DNA of 64,000 nt from the human T2T-CHM13v2.0 reference genome, Homo sapiens. Position numbers and translations under genes: made by a program. Positions within the stretch are counted from its first letter, which is position 1; every line of letters starts with the position of its first letter. The DNA is taken from the NCBI RefSeq assembly GCF_009914755.1, contig NC_060938.1; one strand, written 5' to 3'. Shown one piece after another: positions 41,646 through 56,764 of this stretch. The notes under the pieces are model-generated. The model was not told the origin of the DNA, did no database searches, and saw only the letters and a list, made by a program, of their open reading frames with translations.

Positions 41646-44600
41646 AAAAATCTAGGTTATGCTAGATTAAGGACTAAATTTAGTTTTACTGGAGATTATG
41701 TTGTTTATGCATTATTTTCTTATAAAATTTGAAGTTCACTTTAGGGCTATCTGAAATAATTACTTATATGATATACGAAACTTATATACTATACTAAACT
41801 TTGATGTACTATACAGCAAAAGAGGTAGTGATTTATGTGTGAGCCAGTTATGTTTCTGTCTTCTTCAACAAGGATTAGAATTTTATTTTCAGGGCAAAAC
41901 CCAGAGGCTGATTGTATTGTGATTAAGGACTTAATCATTAATTAAGAACATATATTTCAGCAAAATACCCCATATATTTCTACAAATAGTAGACAAAAAA
42001 AATTTTACACCAAAAAAAACTTCTATAAATATAGTTCCATGAAATGTTTACATGCTTCGTGAGCATTTGACAGGACATGGAAGATGATCATTGTCCTTGT
42101 CAAATGTTGTTATTAATTTGTTCGAATGGTGCTATTCAGACTATTCTGCAAAGAAACCCAAATGGCATAGATGCTTATTTGTGCTACTGTGTTAGGGTTA
42201 ATTAAGCACAGAGAAAACCAAGCCAGTTTAATATCCCTCTCTAGTATCTTATAGCTATTAAAATAATGTCCCTGAACATTTTAATAAAACTTTTATTTTT
42301 TTAATGTAACAGCTGTTTAAGTTAAATAGGGCCTATGGAAATAGATTCATTTTATAAAGGAGTTAATTGAGATATATCGAGACTTAGTTATTCAAGGTTA
42401 TATATTATATTAAGACTGTCATCAAAACCAGAATCTGGAGCTCTTGACTCCTAGTTCAAGGAGTTGCCAACTTAAAGTTTATGCTGAAGTAATCTAGGGG
42501 AGATGATTCTGAAAATATAAGAACATTGTTTAAATTGCTGATCTTTTGCTAAGTGCCTGTTTTGTGCAAAATATTATGTCATTACTTTTGTTTGATAAAA
42601 AGATGAAAAAAATCATAATGTCCTTGAAGCTATATTGTGTAATGGTGATACAAATAGTAGACAAAAAGTGTTTAAAACAGTAACATGTTTATATCATATG
42701 AAAGCTAAGAATACTTTTTAGAGCCAATGCAGTAGAGAACACCCTACATACTAATATATAGTGAAGGAGAAGATTTGGAGGAAATAGCCAAGGAGATTCC
42801 TCTGCTTATGTAGGAAGAGAATAGCTCTGAGATTGAGGGCTAATACCCCTTAAATAAGATTACTAGGGCAGTCAAGTTGAGCAGAGGTCGTTCTAAAAGC
42901 TATTTATAGTTAAGATGTAATGCTAAATAGTGTAATCATAGAGATAGCTGAGTCCTTGGAAACTATCTAGTGCAGGCATTAGTTTTACAGTTAAAGAAAC
43001 TGAGACTCAGAGTGATTCTTAGTTATTTGTTTGAAGTTAGTTATACAGCTGGATACAGCCAGAGCTAGAATTTGATCCTTTCCAAATGACTGGATATGAA
43101 AAAAACTAGGAAACAGATTAATAAGAGAATCTGGAAGGTGGCAAATTCTGGAAATGTATTGGAGGTGTAGAGTGTAATTTTTGCCGAGATATGATTTCCA
43201 TCAGTCTTTGCAAGAGGGGAAGAGAAGTGTTAATTTTTGGTTTCTTGGGCAAAGTAAATCAAAATAGAAGGCTGTAGGGATCCATGGAACAATTTGAAAA
43301 GTAGGATGAGCTGCCTGATAGCCTTTAGGAAAATGACCTTCCCAGCAACGTCTAAGGCATTTTATTAATAACAATAATATATGTAATAATGATATTAACA
43401 GTGACAGCTATCATTTATTGAATGTTAGGCATCATGTCAAGTGTCTGTGTGTAGTAGTTTATTTAATTATTTTAATCCTGTGACCTAAGTATTTTCATGC
43501 TATTTGTAGATGAAGAAACAAAAACTCTGATAGGTTAAGTCATTATCTAGTCATACAGGTAGTCAGCTATAGAATCAAATTTTGAATCCTGATCTCTTTG
43601 AATTCTAAAAATAGTGTATCTCAAACTTGAGTAATGAATAGGCCCTCCTTCTAAAGGAAAGATAATCTTCCCGCACCCCATACTGACTTATTTTTATTAT
43701 AAGATTACTTAACTAGGTGTAAACACAAATTTCTTAAGTTTATAGCTCATATTGTATAGTTTAAAAATTAAATTAAATACAAGCAAAACTTACAAAATCA
43801 GTAAAATTCAAATTTATGACGTTAATTTAATGTAAAAGATTTTTTTCCTGAAATGAAGATGCTGATTGCAAGATGAATTTACAGCTAACTACTACTGTAT
43901 AGGTTCTTTTGAGTTTGGCATGCCCATACTGCCATGTGCTTTGTGATAACTTAGTTCTCCTACCACTTTTCTCTATTTGAACTTCTTCAAAATATCCCTT
44001 CAGGCAATACTGTCTAGTATCATTTGACCTTCACTTGGTGTAATCAGTTATTTATTGTTAATCTTGCCTCTGTTTTCATTAGTTGTGTCTGCCACTTGAT
44101 ACCAATTTAACAGTTTGGGGCTCTGAATTGTCACAGCATTCTGTATTTAATTATAAGGTGATGGTCAGCCATGTGATCTATATTATGTTTATGTTAATTA
44201 TTTTTTAGGTTATCATCTAGAGGGAACCACAAAATTAAAAAAAAATTCACGGATTCAGCCAATCTTAACCAGGCCTTTGTTGTTTTGACCTAAAGAAAAA
44301 TTGTGCTGCACTTTCTCTCAAAACTCTGTACAGTAGTACTACCTGGTTTCTGTAGGGTAGTAGTGGAGATCCAGAAAATTTGCCATCTCCATCCACTTCA
44401 GTTCAGGCCTCTACCATTTTGCATCTGAATTTCTACCACAGCCCTCAGTTTTATTCCCACCAAACTGCTTTCCACAGTGTGAGTTTTTAAGAATATAAAC
44501 TTCTAGGACTCAGCCTAAGAATCACCTCTTTCTGGACACTTTTCTCCATTGTTTCTCCTATGTCTAGCTTCCCCTTCCATCTGTCATACTTCACCATTTT

Positions 44601-44874
44601 CTCTCCTAGATTGAATTAGTTAGCTTTTCTTCCTATTTCTTCTTTATAACTCCATAACACCCTGTGCACACCTCTGTTATAATGCTTAGCATATTGTATT
44701 GTAATCCTTATTTTTTCAGTCTTCCAAGTAGAATATTAACAGCTTCTTCTTCCTCCTCCTCCTCTTCTTTTCTTCTTGTTCTTTCTTCTCCTCCCCCTTG
44801 TTCTCCTTCTCCTCCTCCTTAGCATATTGTATTGTAATGCTTAATTTTTCAGTCTCCCAAGTAGACTATTAATA

Positions 44875-45280
44875 ACCTCCTCCTTCTCCTCCTCCTCATC
44901 TTCCTCTTCTTCTCCTCCTCCTCCTCCTCCCCTCTTTCTCCTTTCCTTTTTCCTTTTCCTTTTCTTTTTTTCTCTTTCTTTTGTTCTTTCTTCTTCATCT
45001 TCCTCTTTTTCCTCTCCTTCATCATCATCTTCATTGTCATCTTCTTTTTTCTTCTTTCTTCTTCCTCCTCCTTTTTCTTCTTTCTTCATTTCTTCTTCTC
45101 CTCCTCCTCCTCCTTCTTCTTCTTCTTGTTTCTTCTTTCTTCTTTTTTCTTCCATTTTTTTTTTGAGATGGGGTCTCACTGTATTGCCCAGGCTGGTCTT
45201 GGACTCCTGGGCTTAAGTGATCCCTCCGCCTCAGCCTCCCAAGTAGTTTGGATTACAGGCACATGTCACCATGCCTGGCT
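44875..45280 (-). mobile_element. FLAM monomer (45164-45280) whose tail has become a ~290-nt (CTT/CCT)-rich tract
   Basis: Single Alu arm; flanking repeat gactattaat at 44864-44873 and 45285-45294. Confidence 0.75.
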
Positions 45281-45404
45281 ATTGGACTATTAATTTGAAA
45301 GTAAAGCCTAGCTTGTGCATCTGTATAACTAGCACATTATCTGAATGAGAAGAAAGTTCCACTGATAGAGTTATGATCCTGAATCACTGATTAGTCAGTT
45401 GCGA

Positions 45405-45804
<400 letters not shown>

Positions 45805-45899
45805 TGAATGACCTAAATAGTTAACGTAATAGACTATTTGCGTATGTAAGCAACATAATGCTGGAAGTAATTTCTCCATAGAGAATTAAAAGATAATAG

Positions 45900-46049
<150 letters not shown>

Positions 46050-48967
46050 TAACTGAAGAAGCAAGTCATTGAAAAATACAGTTGAAGTTTTAATTTAGTC
46101 CTGTGCAGAAGTCTTTATGAAAGTCCTAGTTTATCATTTTGGTGACTTTAAAAACACACTTATAGGTACAAACATGTCTATACATGATATTAATCCATAA
46201 GAATTGTAAAACACCCTTTAGGTAAGAGTTTTCTATAGAAGTGCTACTTCTCTCATACTTGCAGCTATCACTGACAAAAAAAATTACAAGAGTGTTTTAG
46301 GAAATTATTTAGATAGATAGGCTTGAATAGATCACTTATGGGGAAGCGGATGAAAAAAAGATTACTTTTTTCCTTCTGCCTCCTACAGTTCAACTCATTT
46401 ATAGCTCACCTTCTTCTAGGAGACACTTCAGGATTTTCTCCCTAATTTGGTGGAATGAAAGTTAAAAATAAGATAAAAATAGACAAAATAATTAAAATTA
46501 GATGGGGTTAGAAGTGAAGTCAGTAAACAAATTGCCTGCTATTAAGAAACTTAAATACATGCTAGGGGTGTACCGTGACTTTTCTAGCAGCCAAAGGAAA
46601 AGAAAAATAGTACCATTATAAAACTGTGCATTTCTACAAAGTTAAAAAAAAAAAAAAACTGGATGCTCAAAAGAGACAGAGCTGAGACCAGAGAGAAATA
46701 TCTTCCCTAGGTTCTTAGAAAGAAGAACCTGTGTATGTAATGAACACACTCTCATCACCTTCTTTATAGTAAATACAGGGTTCTTCCTTCTAGTGTGCCT
46801 CAATGAAAGCAGGTGGAATTGTGCTGGAGTACAATTTAAAGCAAACATTTCAGTACAGTGTCAACATGATGCTTCTCTGTGGCTGGCTAGCTAGTGGCCT
46901 TGCTTAATTCAAAGACAGATTTTAGAGCATATATATCAGAGCTTTTTAAACTTTAGTCTGTAGATTAGCTTCAGGAGTCTCATGTTTTTTCTCTCCCTCA
47001 CCTCCCCCAGCCCTAAATTGTATGCCTACAAGTATTTGTTTTGGTATGGAATGAATTATAACTTTTATCAGATTCTTCAGTGAGACCATGACACAGGATA
47101 AGATCCAGTAATGTATTTGAATGAATGGACTTGAAGGGAAGCTTTCATAAATGTTTATCTCTCAGAGGGCTTCTGAAAAGTGTAAAATAGTGTAGTAGAA
47201 TGGTTGAGGTGAATTTCCTCAAGTACCTCTTCTCCCTTGCCAGTTAGCACAGTGCTGTGGGTATTGGCAAGCTGAGGAACTCTGGGTTGGATTGACATGT
47301 TCTCGTGAAAATCGAGGAGGCTTATAAGGAAGGTGCCTGTATGCTTACCTTCCAGGTGGTCCAAGGGTTTTTCACTAGCAGGTTTATAATTGTAATCAGC
47401 AAGTAGTTTAGGGCCAGTGTTCTATGTCGTGAACTTTAGGTTGGAAAATTTTTAAAACAGTGATAACCAAATGCCTGCCTCACACCGAAAACTCTCTCTA
47501 AAGCACCTAATTTGAGCAGTGTTACTTTGTATTATGCCCTCTAAGACAAACTAGACACAAGTAATGCCTACCCAGATAACTAAATAAGGTTACTTGTTAT
47601 AGGGGATTTTAAAATATAAATCAGCAAAAAGTTAGGAGGTTATCTACCAAAAATTATGACATTGACTTAAGTAATCTATAATCCTTCTTTCTGGCAGAAA
47701 TTAGATAACAGTGCCAATTGTCTATTAAGATCACTCCAAAGTCAGGATAATAGCCATTCTATTTGCACATAAGTGAATGCTTAACTTCTCATTCTGTAAG
47801 ATGAGAGTTGAGGGTGTTCAGCTCACCCAAAAACATGAATTCCTTGAGGAAAAAGTTTTAAACAGAGCAGGAGTAAGACCTTTTTAAAATTTTACCCCCT
47901 ATAAATTATCATTTTATATATCAAAATACCATTTCAACTGACACTGTCATTTGAGGTGACTGGCTGTGGAGAAAGTCCTACATGGACTTTGCTAGTTAGG
48001 AGTCTAATGACCATAGTTGCCAAATTCAGCATATATTATTTTTCAGTCCCTATGTAAACCTGTATACCTGTGAACGTGGATACTTAATCTCATACTGTTC
48101 TGACAGATTTTTTCCTAAATTCTAAGACAGAGGGTTGGACAGATAATCCTTATGGAACATAACAGAGAGGAAAAGGGATGGTCACTAAGTCCAGGTTAGG
48201 CTATTGTTAGGTGAATGCCACTGAAGGATAGACGTTAAGGATATTAGCAAGGAAGTATTGTGAGGAAGTATTCCAAATGAAGGCTGATGGACTGCATAAG
48301 GCTCATAGGACTACTTCAGGGATCAGTTAGAAGGTGAAAGAGCTGTTTGGGATCAGAAAGTTGATATTAGAGTATAAGTTTGCCAAGTTAGAGCAGTTCT
48401 GGGTCATGACAAGGTCCAGGATGCTGTCATGGGTTTGTGGGACTTAGTGGGAGTAGAAATGAAAGTCATTGGAACTGTGTAATTCTTCCAAGTTGAAATT
48501 TATAGTTCTTTCCTCTGGCCTTTTGGACATCTTCCTGTATCTTTATTACAGCTCTCTTTTTTTTTTTCCACCCTACATTTAAATTATTTGCCTTCTAAAC
48601 TACAAACATTTTTTAAAAGAGATAGAAGGTCTTAATCATTTCTTAAACCTGCAGAACAAGATAGGTATTCAGTAATGTTTGCAAGTGAATGAGTGAGAAC
48701 TTTCCAGCAATAAGCTCTGTGAACAGTTGGGCAATCATGATTAGCCACATTGTAAAGAAGGTCTGGGCTATGAGTGGGAAGTGGATTTGTTGACCTCTGA
48801 GATCCCTCTGGGCCTTAAGAGCCAGCCCCACAGCCAAAGTAATAGTAAAGGATTTGAAATTATTAAGTGTTTTATAAATACAAAAAAAGATGTTATGCTT
48901 TGTTTATACCACTTTATTCCATTTCTTCCCCTTGGTTTTTAGTCCAGCTCTCTGTTTTTCCCCCATT

Positions 48968-49008
48968 TGACGTGCATTAGTTACCATGGAAACGATGATG
49001 TCATTGGA
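48968..49008. promoter_or_regulatory. Candidate enhancer: TGACGT half-CRE, palindromic RFX X-box GTTACCATGGAAAC, CRE-like ATGATGTCAT
   Basis: Motif match at 48980-48993 to GTTNCCATGGNAAC, in apparently non-repetitive sequence with retained CpGs. Confidence 0.55.
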
Positions 49009-50286
49009 ATTCATCGGTATGGACAGAGTTTAGTAATGTCTGCAAGAACATATTGAAGTTCATTTAAATGATTTCTTAAAACTCAAGGCTTAGATAGGGG
49101 AAGTAGGAGAAGAGATGAGCTATTAAATTCTCTGTTCTCTGCCTGAAATGATAGCAACTATGCCAAATCCTCAATTATCTCAATATTTGTAGGTAGACTA
49201 TTTTTTTAAACAAAATAAAAATTTTCAGTCTTATACATTTTTAATAATGAGTAATTTATGTGTTGTGTCATTCTCACTCATTTTTCTTGCCTTCTTATAT
49301 GTGGGAGTCCCAGGCACCCCGATCTGGAGCCCTTCTCCTACCATTTGAACTTCTGATGTCAAAGGGATTTCACTATATACCCCTTCCTTCTTTGATAATC
49401 TCATTCCCTGCTACTGAAAAGTAAATTAAAGTATATTTATTCTCTTACTCCTTCGGCACATAAGGGATCACTTAGTTACTTTTAATTCAACAAATGTGAT
49501 TAATTTATTTTTCCACAAATCTATATTTACTGATATTTAGTGTCTTCTATAAGCAAAGTGCTATAATAAACTTCCATTAGTGGTTTAGAAAAAAATAAAG
49601 AGGATGAAGCCTCTTTCTTCAAGTACTTTATATCATCCTGTAGACTAACTCTATTTTGATGCAAAGGCCTTAAATTCTGAGATGCATGAAAACACTTTTT
49701 CTTCCAGGCTATCAGGGATGACTTTATGGAAAAGCCATGATTATTTTTTTCATGCCACTGTAATTTTACACATCCTGGTCCTTTGCCTGATAAGCCATGG
49801 CCAATTTAGGGAACTCATGTATTCATTTTTAACATCTCTGCTCAGACATTATTTCTTCTAGAAAGCTTTTCCCAGTATGCCAGGAAAAGTTAATACTCCT
49901 GTCTCAGATCTACTTACACATATATTTAGTTTGGTTCTTATTCCACTGCAGGTTTACCTGTCAGTCTTCACAGAAGAATGCAGGTTTTGGATAGCAAGAA
50001 AACATGCTTTAAACATTCTTAAATGCATAGTTACCTGGCATATAGCAGGCAGGATACTTTGATCTGGGATGTAATGCCATCCACATCTGCTGTTCCCTTT
50101 ACCCCAACTCATGGGCTACTCTGCCTTGCTTTCTCTGTGCCACAGCCAAACTGGTCTTCTTCCACTTCTTTGAAGTTTCCACACACCATTTTTCTCCTCA
50201 GGACCCTTACCATGCTTTTTTCCTACTGGAGAACATTTTAACCTCACTTTTCACCTGTTAACTCCTTTTTATACTTTGGTACTTAG

Positions 50287-50655
<369 letters not shown>

Positions 50656-50740
50656 TGAGCTTTTTTAATTTTATGATCCAATTACACTCTATTACTCCTT
50701 TTCTAACTGTTTTCACATTTGTCAGTACTTTCACATTAGC

Positions 50741-50838
50741 ATACTATGCTATACTATACTGTACTATACCATACCATACCATACCATACCATACCATACC
50801 ATACCATACCATACCATACCATACTATACTCATACTAT
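50741..50838. repeat. Pentanucleotide microsatellite (ATACC)11 flanked by ATACT units
   Basis: 11 perfect ATACC units at 50766-50820. Confidence 0.95.
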
Positions 50839-52039
50839 AAGCTCTATGACCACCTGTCTCTCTCGCTGTGCCTGGAAGATGTAGTTTCTCGCTAAATATA
50901 TACTGAGTGAATGAGTGGAGTAGGATTTTCATAGGCATATCTAGGGACTAGGGAGGGACAGAATTCAGTCTTGAAAGAATCAGGAATACACAAGTTGTGT
51001 TCAGGATTGTTCAGTTTGTCTATAGTTGAGATAGTTACGCATTGGTGTATTGCCAGGTTTGGTAGAGCCCTAAACAGTAGGCTAAGGAATTTGTACTTTC
51101 TTCTTAAGATTATAAGAGGAGTTCATAAAGAATGCTGGATGGGAAGTAAACATCATTAGGATAGAGCTTTACAAAGTTTTAATCTGATAGAGATGAATAA
51201 AAAGAATAGGAGCCAGGAAACATAGAGGAAGTAAGGGAACATTTGCAATGATCAAAGTTATTCATGCTGCAGATTGTGACCCACCAACAGATCGTGAAAT
51301 TGATACAGTAAGAGATGTAACCAAAAATGCTTAAACCATGTCAGAGTAAATTGCTCTTAGGAAGACAGTCTTATTTCATAAAGATTTGGTCTCAAGTATA
51401 AATACACATATGTGTGTATTGTGTTTCTTCCTGATGTAACAGTACTATTACAGTAGATGAACAGATAAGCAGAGTGGCCTTCTTCCATGTAGTCAAGATG
51501 TGAAATATTTCTTTTATCAGTAAGACAGTTTAAAAAGTTGGAAAAACATGGTGTAGGTGATAGGCAGTAAGGGGCTTAATTAGAATAATGCCAGTGAAAG
51601 TGGAAGGGGAAATGAATGTAATTGACATTTTGAAGGAAGAGTTGAAAATCTTGGGAATCGATTGTATAGGGTAGGAGAGTTAGAACAAAAAAGGCAGAAA
51701 TCAAAAGAATTTTGAGAGTTATGATGCCATTAATAAATCTACCAGGAGCTGCTTTGTAGCTCAGGTAGACAACAAACTAGAAATAAGAGGTTAGGTTCTC
51801 AGTCACAAATCTCTGCCCTTCTTCTCTTTGAGAGTTGTGATTTAATAGTGTTTGTCAAGGAAGAAACTGGTAAAGATACTGACAAAAGAAATACTCTTTA
51901 AAAAATTTCTTATATACAGATTTTTATTACCACTTAGAGAACTATATTTTTGATATTCTTTTGTGGTTTCAAATTAAATTGCTTTCCAAATTTTCTTATA
52001 ATTTTTTAGATGATAGGAAACTACTTGCAGAGGCATTTT

Positions 52040-52270
52040 TGCATAGTAGTGAAGAGCATGAGCTGAGGAGTTTGAATTGTAGATCCCAGCTCTGCCACTT
52101 TGTAACTGTATGACCTGAGTTATCTATTCTATGCCTTAGTTTTCTCAATCATCATATGGGAATCATAGTAATATTTTCCTCAGGAGGTTAAGATGAGAAA
52201 TAAGATAATGCATATAAATGGCTTAAGTACAGTTCCTGGCAGTCTAAGCACTCAATGTTTACATAATGTT
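52040..52270 (+). mobile_element. MIR remnant
   Basis: atcccagctctgccactt...tgtatgacctg...ccttagttttctc core. Confidence 0.65.
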
Positions 52271-52391
52271 ATATAATTAATTTTTTCTTGTAATTACTTT
52301 TTAGAATGTTATGAAACAGATAAATTTACAGATTTTTATGTATTTTACCTGGGTATTTTAACTAATCCCTTTAGTTGGTAATAAGAATTTG

Positions 52392-52690
52392 GGGCTGGGC
52401 GTGGTGGCTCATGCCTGTAATCCCAGCACTTTGTGAGGCCGAGGCAGGAGTACTGCTTGAGGCTAGGAGTTGAAGACCAGCTTAGGCAACATATTGAGAC
52501 CCCTGTCTCTTTAAAAGAATAAAAAATTAGCCAAGTATGGTGGCATGCAACTGTAGTCCAAGCTACTCAGGAGGCTGAGGTGGGAGGATCGCTTGAGCCT
52601 GGAAGGTTTAGGCTGCAGTGAACTGTGATCATGTCAGTACACTCCAGCCTGAGTGTTATAGAGTGAGACCTTGTCTCAAAAAAAAAAAAT
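52392..52690 (+). mobile_element. AluJ
   Basis: Diverged dimeric Alu with an A tail. Confidence 0.88.
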
Positions 52691-52839
52691 TAATTAGAAT
52701 TTTAAACACTACTGTTTTTTGAGATTTCTTTATTCCTTGAGTATATTCATTGAGCCATCTATATTATCTTCATATAGATTTATTAAGTTGCTATATTATT
52801 TTGAGTCTAAAATTCTGCATTATTTGAAATTTACATCAT

Positions 52840-53276
52840 TTAAGGAAGGCTAATTGCTGTTACAAGTAGACCCCAAAATATATAATGATACAAATACAAT
52901 GGCAGTTTCTTTCTTGCTCATGTAACAGTACCATTACAGTAGATGAACAGGTGAGCAGAGTAGCCTTCTTCCATGCAGTCTTTCAGACTGTTGGAGCCTC
53001 TGTCATCTTCAATTGTGACTTCTAAAATTACATTAGGAGCCATCTTCATTCTAGCTAGCCACAAGGAAAGAGAATACAGAGGGATGTACCTACATTGGAG
53101 ATTTTTATGGGCCAGACCTAGATGTGATACACATACTTCTGCGCACATTCTATTAGCTAAAATCAGTCACATGGCCACATGTCATATCTCTCAAGAAGCC
53201 TAAGAAATATCAATTAGTTGTGTGCCAAGGAAGATGAGATCATGAATTTTGGTGAGCAGCTAGCAGTCTATACCAC
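52840..53276. mobile_element. MLT1-type MaLR LTR remnant
   Basis: acttctgcgcacattctattagctaaaatcagtcacatggccaca core, typical of MLT1J/K-like LTRs. Confidence 0.6.
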
Positions 53277-53410
53277 ATTTGACCTGGAAACAAATATATA
53301 GATTAAATCCTAATGTAGATCACTGAACTGATTTATTTCCTAATAAATAATTCTGAAAATTGTATAACTATTTTACTCTTACAAATATTTATTTTATAAA
53401 GGAGAGATAG

Positions 53411-53786
<376 letters not shown>

Positions 53787-56377
53787 GTCTGGAACTTTTT
53801 AGTATTTATTTGTAAAGGTTAAGGATTATATTGTTTACTTAGAAAAATTAGACGATCTTTATTACCTTTATGAGACTGGATAGCATTCTGCATCTCAGCC
53901 ATAATTATTTCTCAGAGACTGGAGATATATGCTTATTTGTGACTTTCCCCAGGCTCTCTCAGAAGTCTATGTATGCTTTGAACTAGAATGCTGTTCTATG
54001 TGAGTTACATAAATTAAACTCATCTCTCACAACAACCCTGTGAAATACAGAACATCATTTCCCCCATTTTGCACATGAGGAAATGTGGTTGAGAGAGGTT
54101 AAATAACTTACATAAGAATATCTATTTGTTTAGTGGGACATCTGGGCTCTGATCCAAGAAGTCAGCTTTCCAGAGCCCGTATTCTTAACTGCAGTTTCTG
54201 TGGATACTCCAGAGTTGAGTTTTAGTACTGTGGACATCATGGACTATCACAGGGTGACAGAATCTAGGGTATAAGAGGGTTCTTCATCAAATTTGCTTGT
54301 TATTGGGGTTCTGATTATTAAGGTAGACAAGTGAAGCCAGAGGAAACTGGTGGATTGAAAATGGGGAGGAGTTAAGGAGCCATAGGTTCTGTTGACAGTT
54401 AAGGAGGTATCATGTGGGCGATAAGGGGAAGGGGAGTTCCACGTCCAGGATCTAGGAGAAAGGAATGAAGCCTAAGACTTGACTGCAGCACTGGGTGGTA
54501 AGGATGGCTCAAATCAGGCCTGCCCTGTAACTGTGCTCTTAATTACTATGCTATATTGCTCAACTTTATTGACTCATTATTATTTTAAGCCACCTAATTC
54601 CATGCACAAAAGTCTCTATCTAGTTGTCATCTTGTTTGGTGACTTCCTTATACAAACCAGTCACTCAGATAGTTTGAATTTTGGCTTTGTCATTTACTAA
54701 CTGTGTGACCTTGAGCAAATAATTTAGCTTCAGAGTTTCCTTCCATGATATAGGGATGATAATACCCATCTCATTGGTCACTATGGCAGTGAAGCATGAT
54801 TATATTTACATTACTTAGCATAGCCTTAGCACACGGTATGGTAAAGGGTAGCTCTGAATGTTTTTGATATAGTGGTAGACATTAGAGATCATTATAAATC
54901 TTTGTTTTCAAGATTAAGAATGCAGGACATAGAGAAATTGAGTTGCACCTCATGGACCCACAACTATTTAGTTGGTCCCTGAAAGGAGCATGGACACAGG
55001 CCCCCCCATTCATTGTTCTTTCCATGTCAAATGACTATTTCTGAAAGAGAAAACAAGAACACCTGTCTCATTTTTAAAACTTATAACATCCATGCACATG
55101 CTTCAAGGAGTATACCAAAAACTGGTTTGAGTCTAACAAAGAACTGAAAAGCAGTTATGAATCTAATCTATTTCAGTTATTATCATTCATTATTTAACAA
55201 TGAATTTTTCCTCCTCACTTTTTCTTAAATCATGGCTTTTAATGCTTGTAACAGGTTCCAACCAGCAAGCATTTAACCTGATTGTAACCTGGATAAATTG
55301 GATTATATAGTAGCTTAAAAATCTTGCTTGTTACTTACCTGTATCTGGGTTTAAAATGTGAAAAATAAATTAAAATTGGAGCCTTTTGGGCCTCCTTAAT
55401 TCAATAGATTTAGACAGAAAAATCCAATATTCAGAGCGATGTTCATATTTCAAGAGAATCAATTTTTAAAAAGTTAAGAAAAGAAGTGCCCTTCTGAGCC
55501 AGTGATGGATTGGAATACTGCAAAAATCACACGCAAAAAGGTTGTGGTGGCTGATGGTAGCCAGGCATGTAGTATTTGCTTTCTTTCAGTAAAAGTAGCT
55601 GAGGTAAAAAGAAAAAAGGACCTTATGCTTTGATGAGACATTAAAAAATGATTGAGCATGCTTACAGCTGTATCTCAGTGGTATTATGTAAATTAAGCTA
55701 TAGCAAAGAATCTGTTTTCTAATGTTTCTGCTATTAAAGGATATACACAATAGCTCTACAATAAATACAAACAGCTTAACAGTATATGAAGTATTCACAA
55801 GATGTAAGGCTTATTTGGCGGGGAAGACATCATAATGGACTTGAATTCTTTCCTATTTAAGAGAGAAGAATTTTTAATGAACAAAACTGTAATATGGATA
55901 TTCTAATGTTCTTACTGCATTAGTTGCCCCCATTCAAAACCTCCTTGATTATGGAGGATTGCTGTTAAGTGAACTTGAGCAGTGGTTTCTAAGCTTTTTA
56001 ATACCCAAGGCTTTCTTTTAAATTGTCCCCCAGCTAACCCCATGTTTTGAAAGAATTGTTTGCCACTGTTTGCATATGTTAATTAATGACTGATGTCTTC
56101 TCTTTTTTAATAAATCAAAGATAGAATATATAAATAATATGTATGTACATCTATATATAGATATAACTGTATCTCTGTGCATACAGAGAGAGACATACAC
56201 AGAGTTATGTATATAACTGTTGTATGAGCTCTGCACAGAATGAGATAACCATAAAAGAAGATTATCACATTTGGCTGATGTAATTTCAATTAAAAGCACA
56301 GAAACTTGGTAGTTTATCTGTCTTGTATATTTTTAAAGTGTTTTATTTATGTTCAGTTTTTAAAAATATTCGTAATA

Positions 56378-56650
56378 GGCCAGGTGCAGAGGCTGAGGTG
56401 GGAGGATTGCTTGAAGCCGGGAGTTAAAGACCAGCCTTGGCAATACACTAAGACCTTGTTTCTACAAAAAATAAAAAATTAGCTGAGTGTGCTGGCATGC
56501 ATCTGTAGTCTCAGCTACTTAGGAGGCTGAGGCAAGAAGATCGCCTGAGTCCGGGAGTTGCAGTTTGTTTGAGGCTTCAGTGAGCCGTGATCACACTACT
56601 GCATTCCAGCCTGAGCAGCAGAGTGAGACCCTGTTTCAAAAAAAACAAAA
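56378..56650 (+). mobile_element. AluJ with a small left-arm deletion
   Basis: ggccaggtgca joins directly to gaggctgaggtggg. Confidence 0.8.
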
Positions 56651-56764
56651 ATTCATTATAAATCACAGAACCTGACAAAATATTTTTGTGCATCTTTAGA
56701 CCCTTAAAAGATTAGGTAGGAGAACTACCAAAATAGCTTCTACAGTCAGGCTTTAATTTTCTAG

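Noticed and set aside
44841-45216. Lys/Glu-rich and Phe/Ser/Leu-rich ORFs
   Set aside because: Translations of the low-complexity CTT/CCT tract; no coding or splice evidence.
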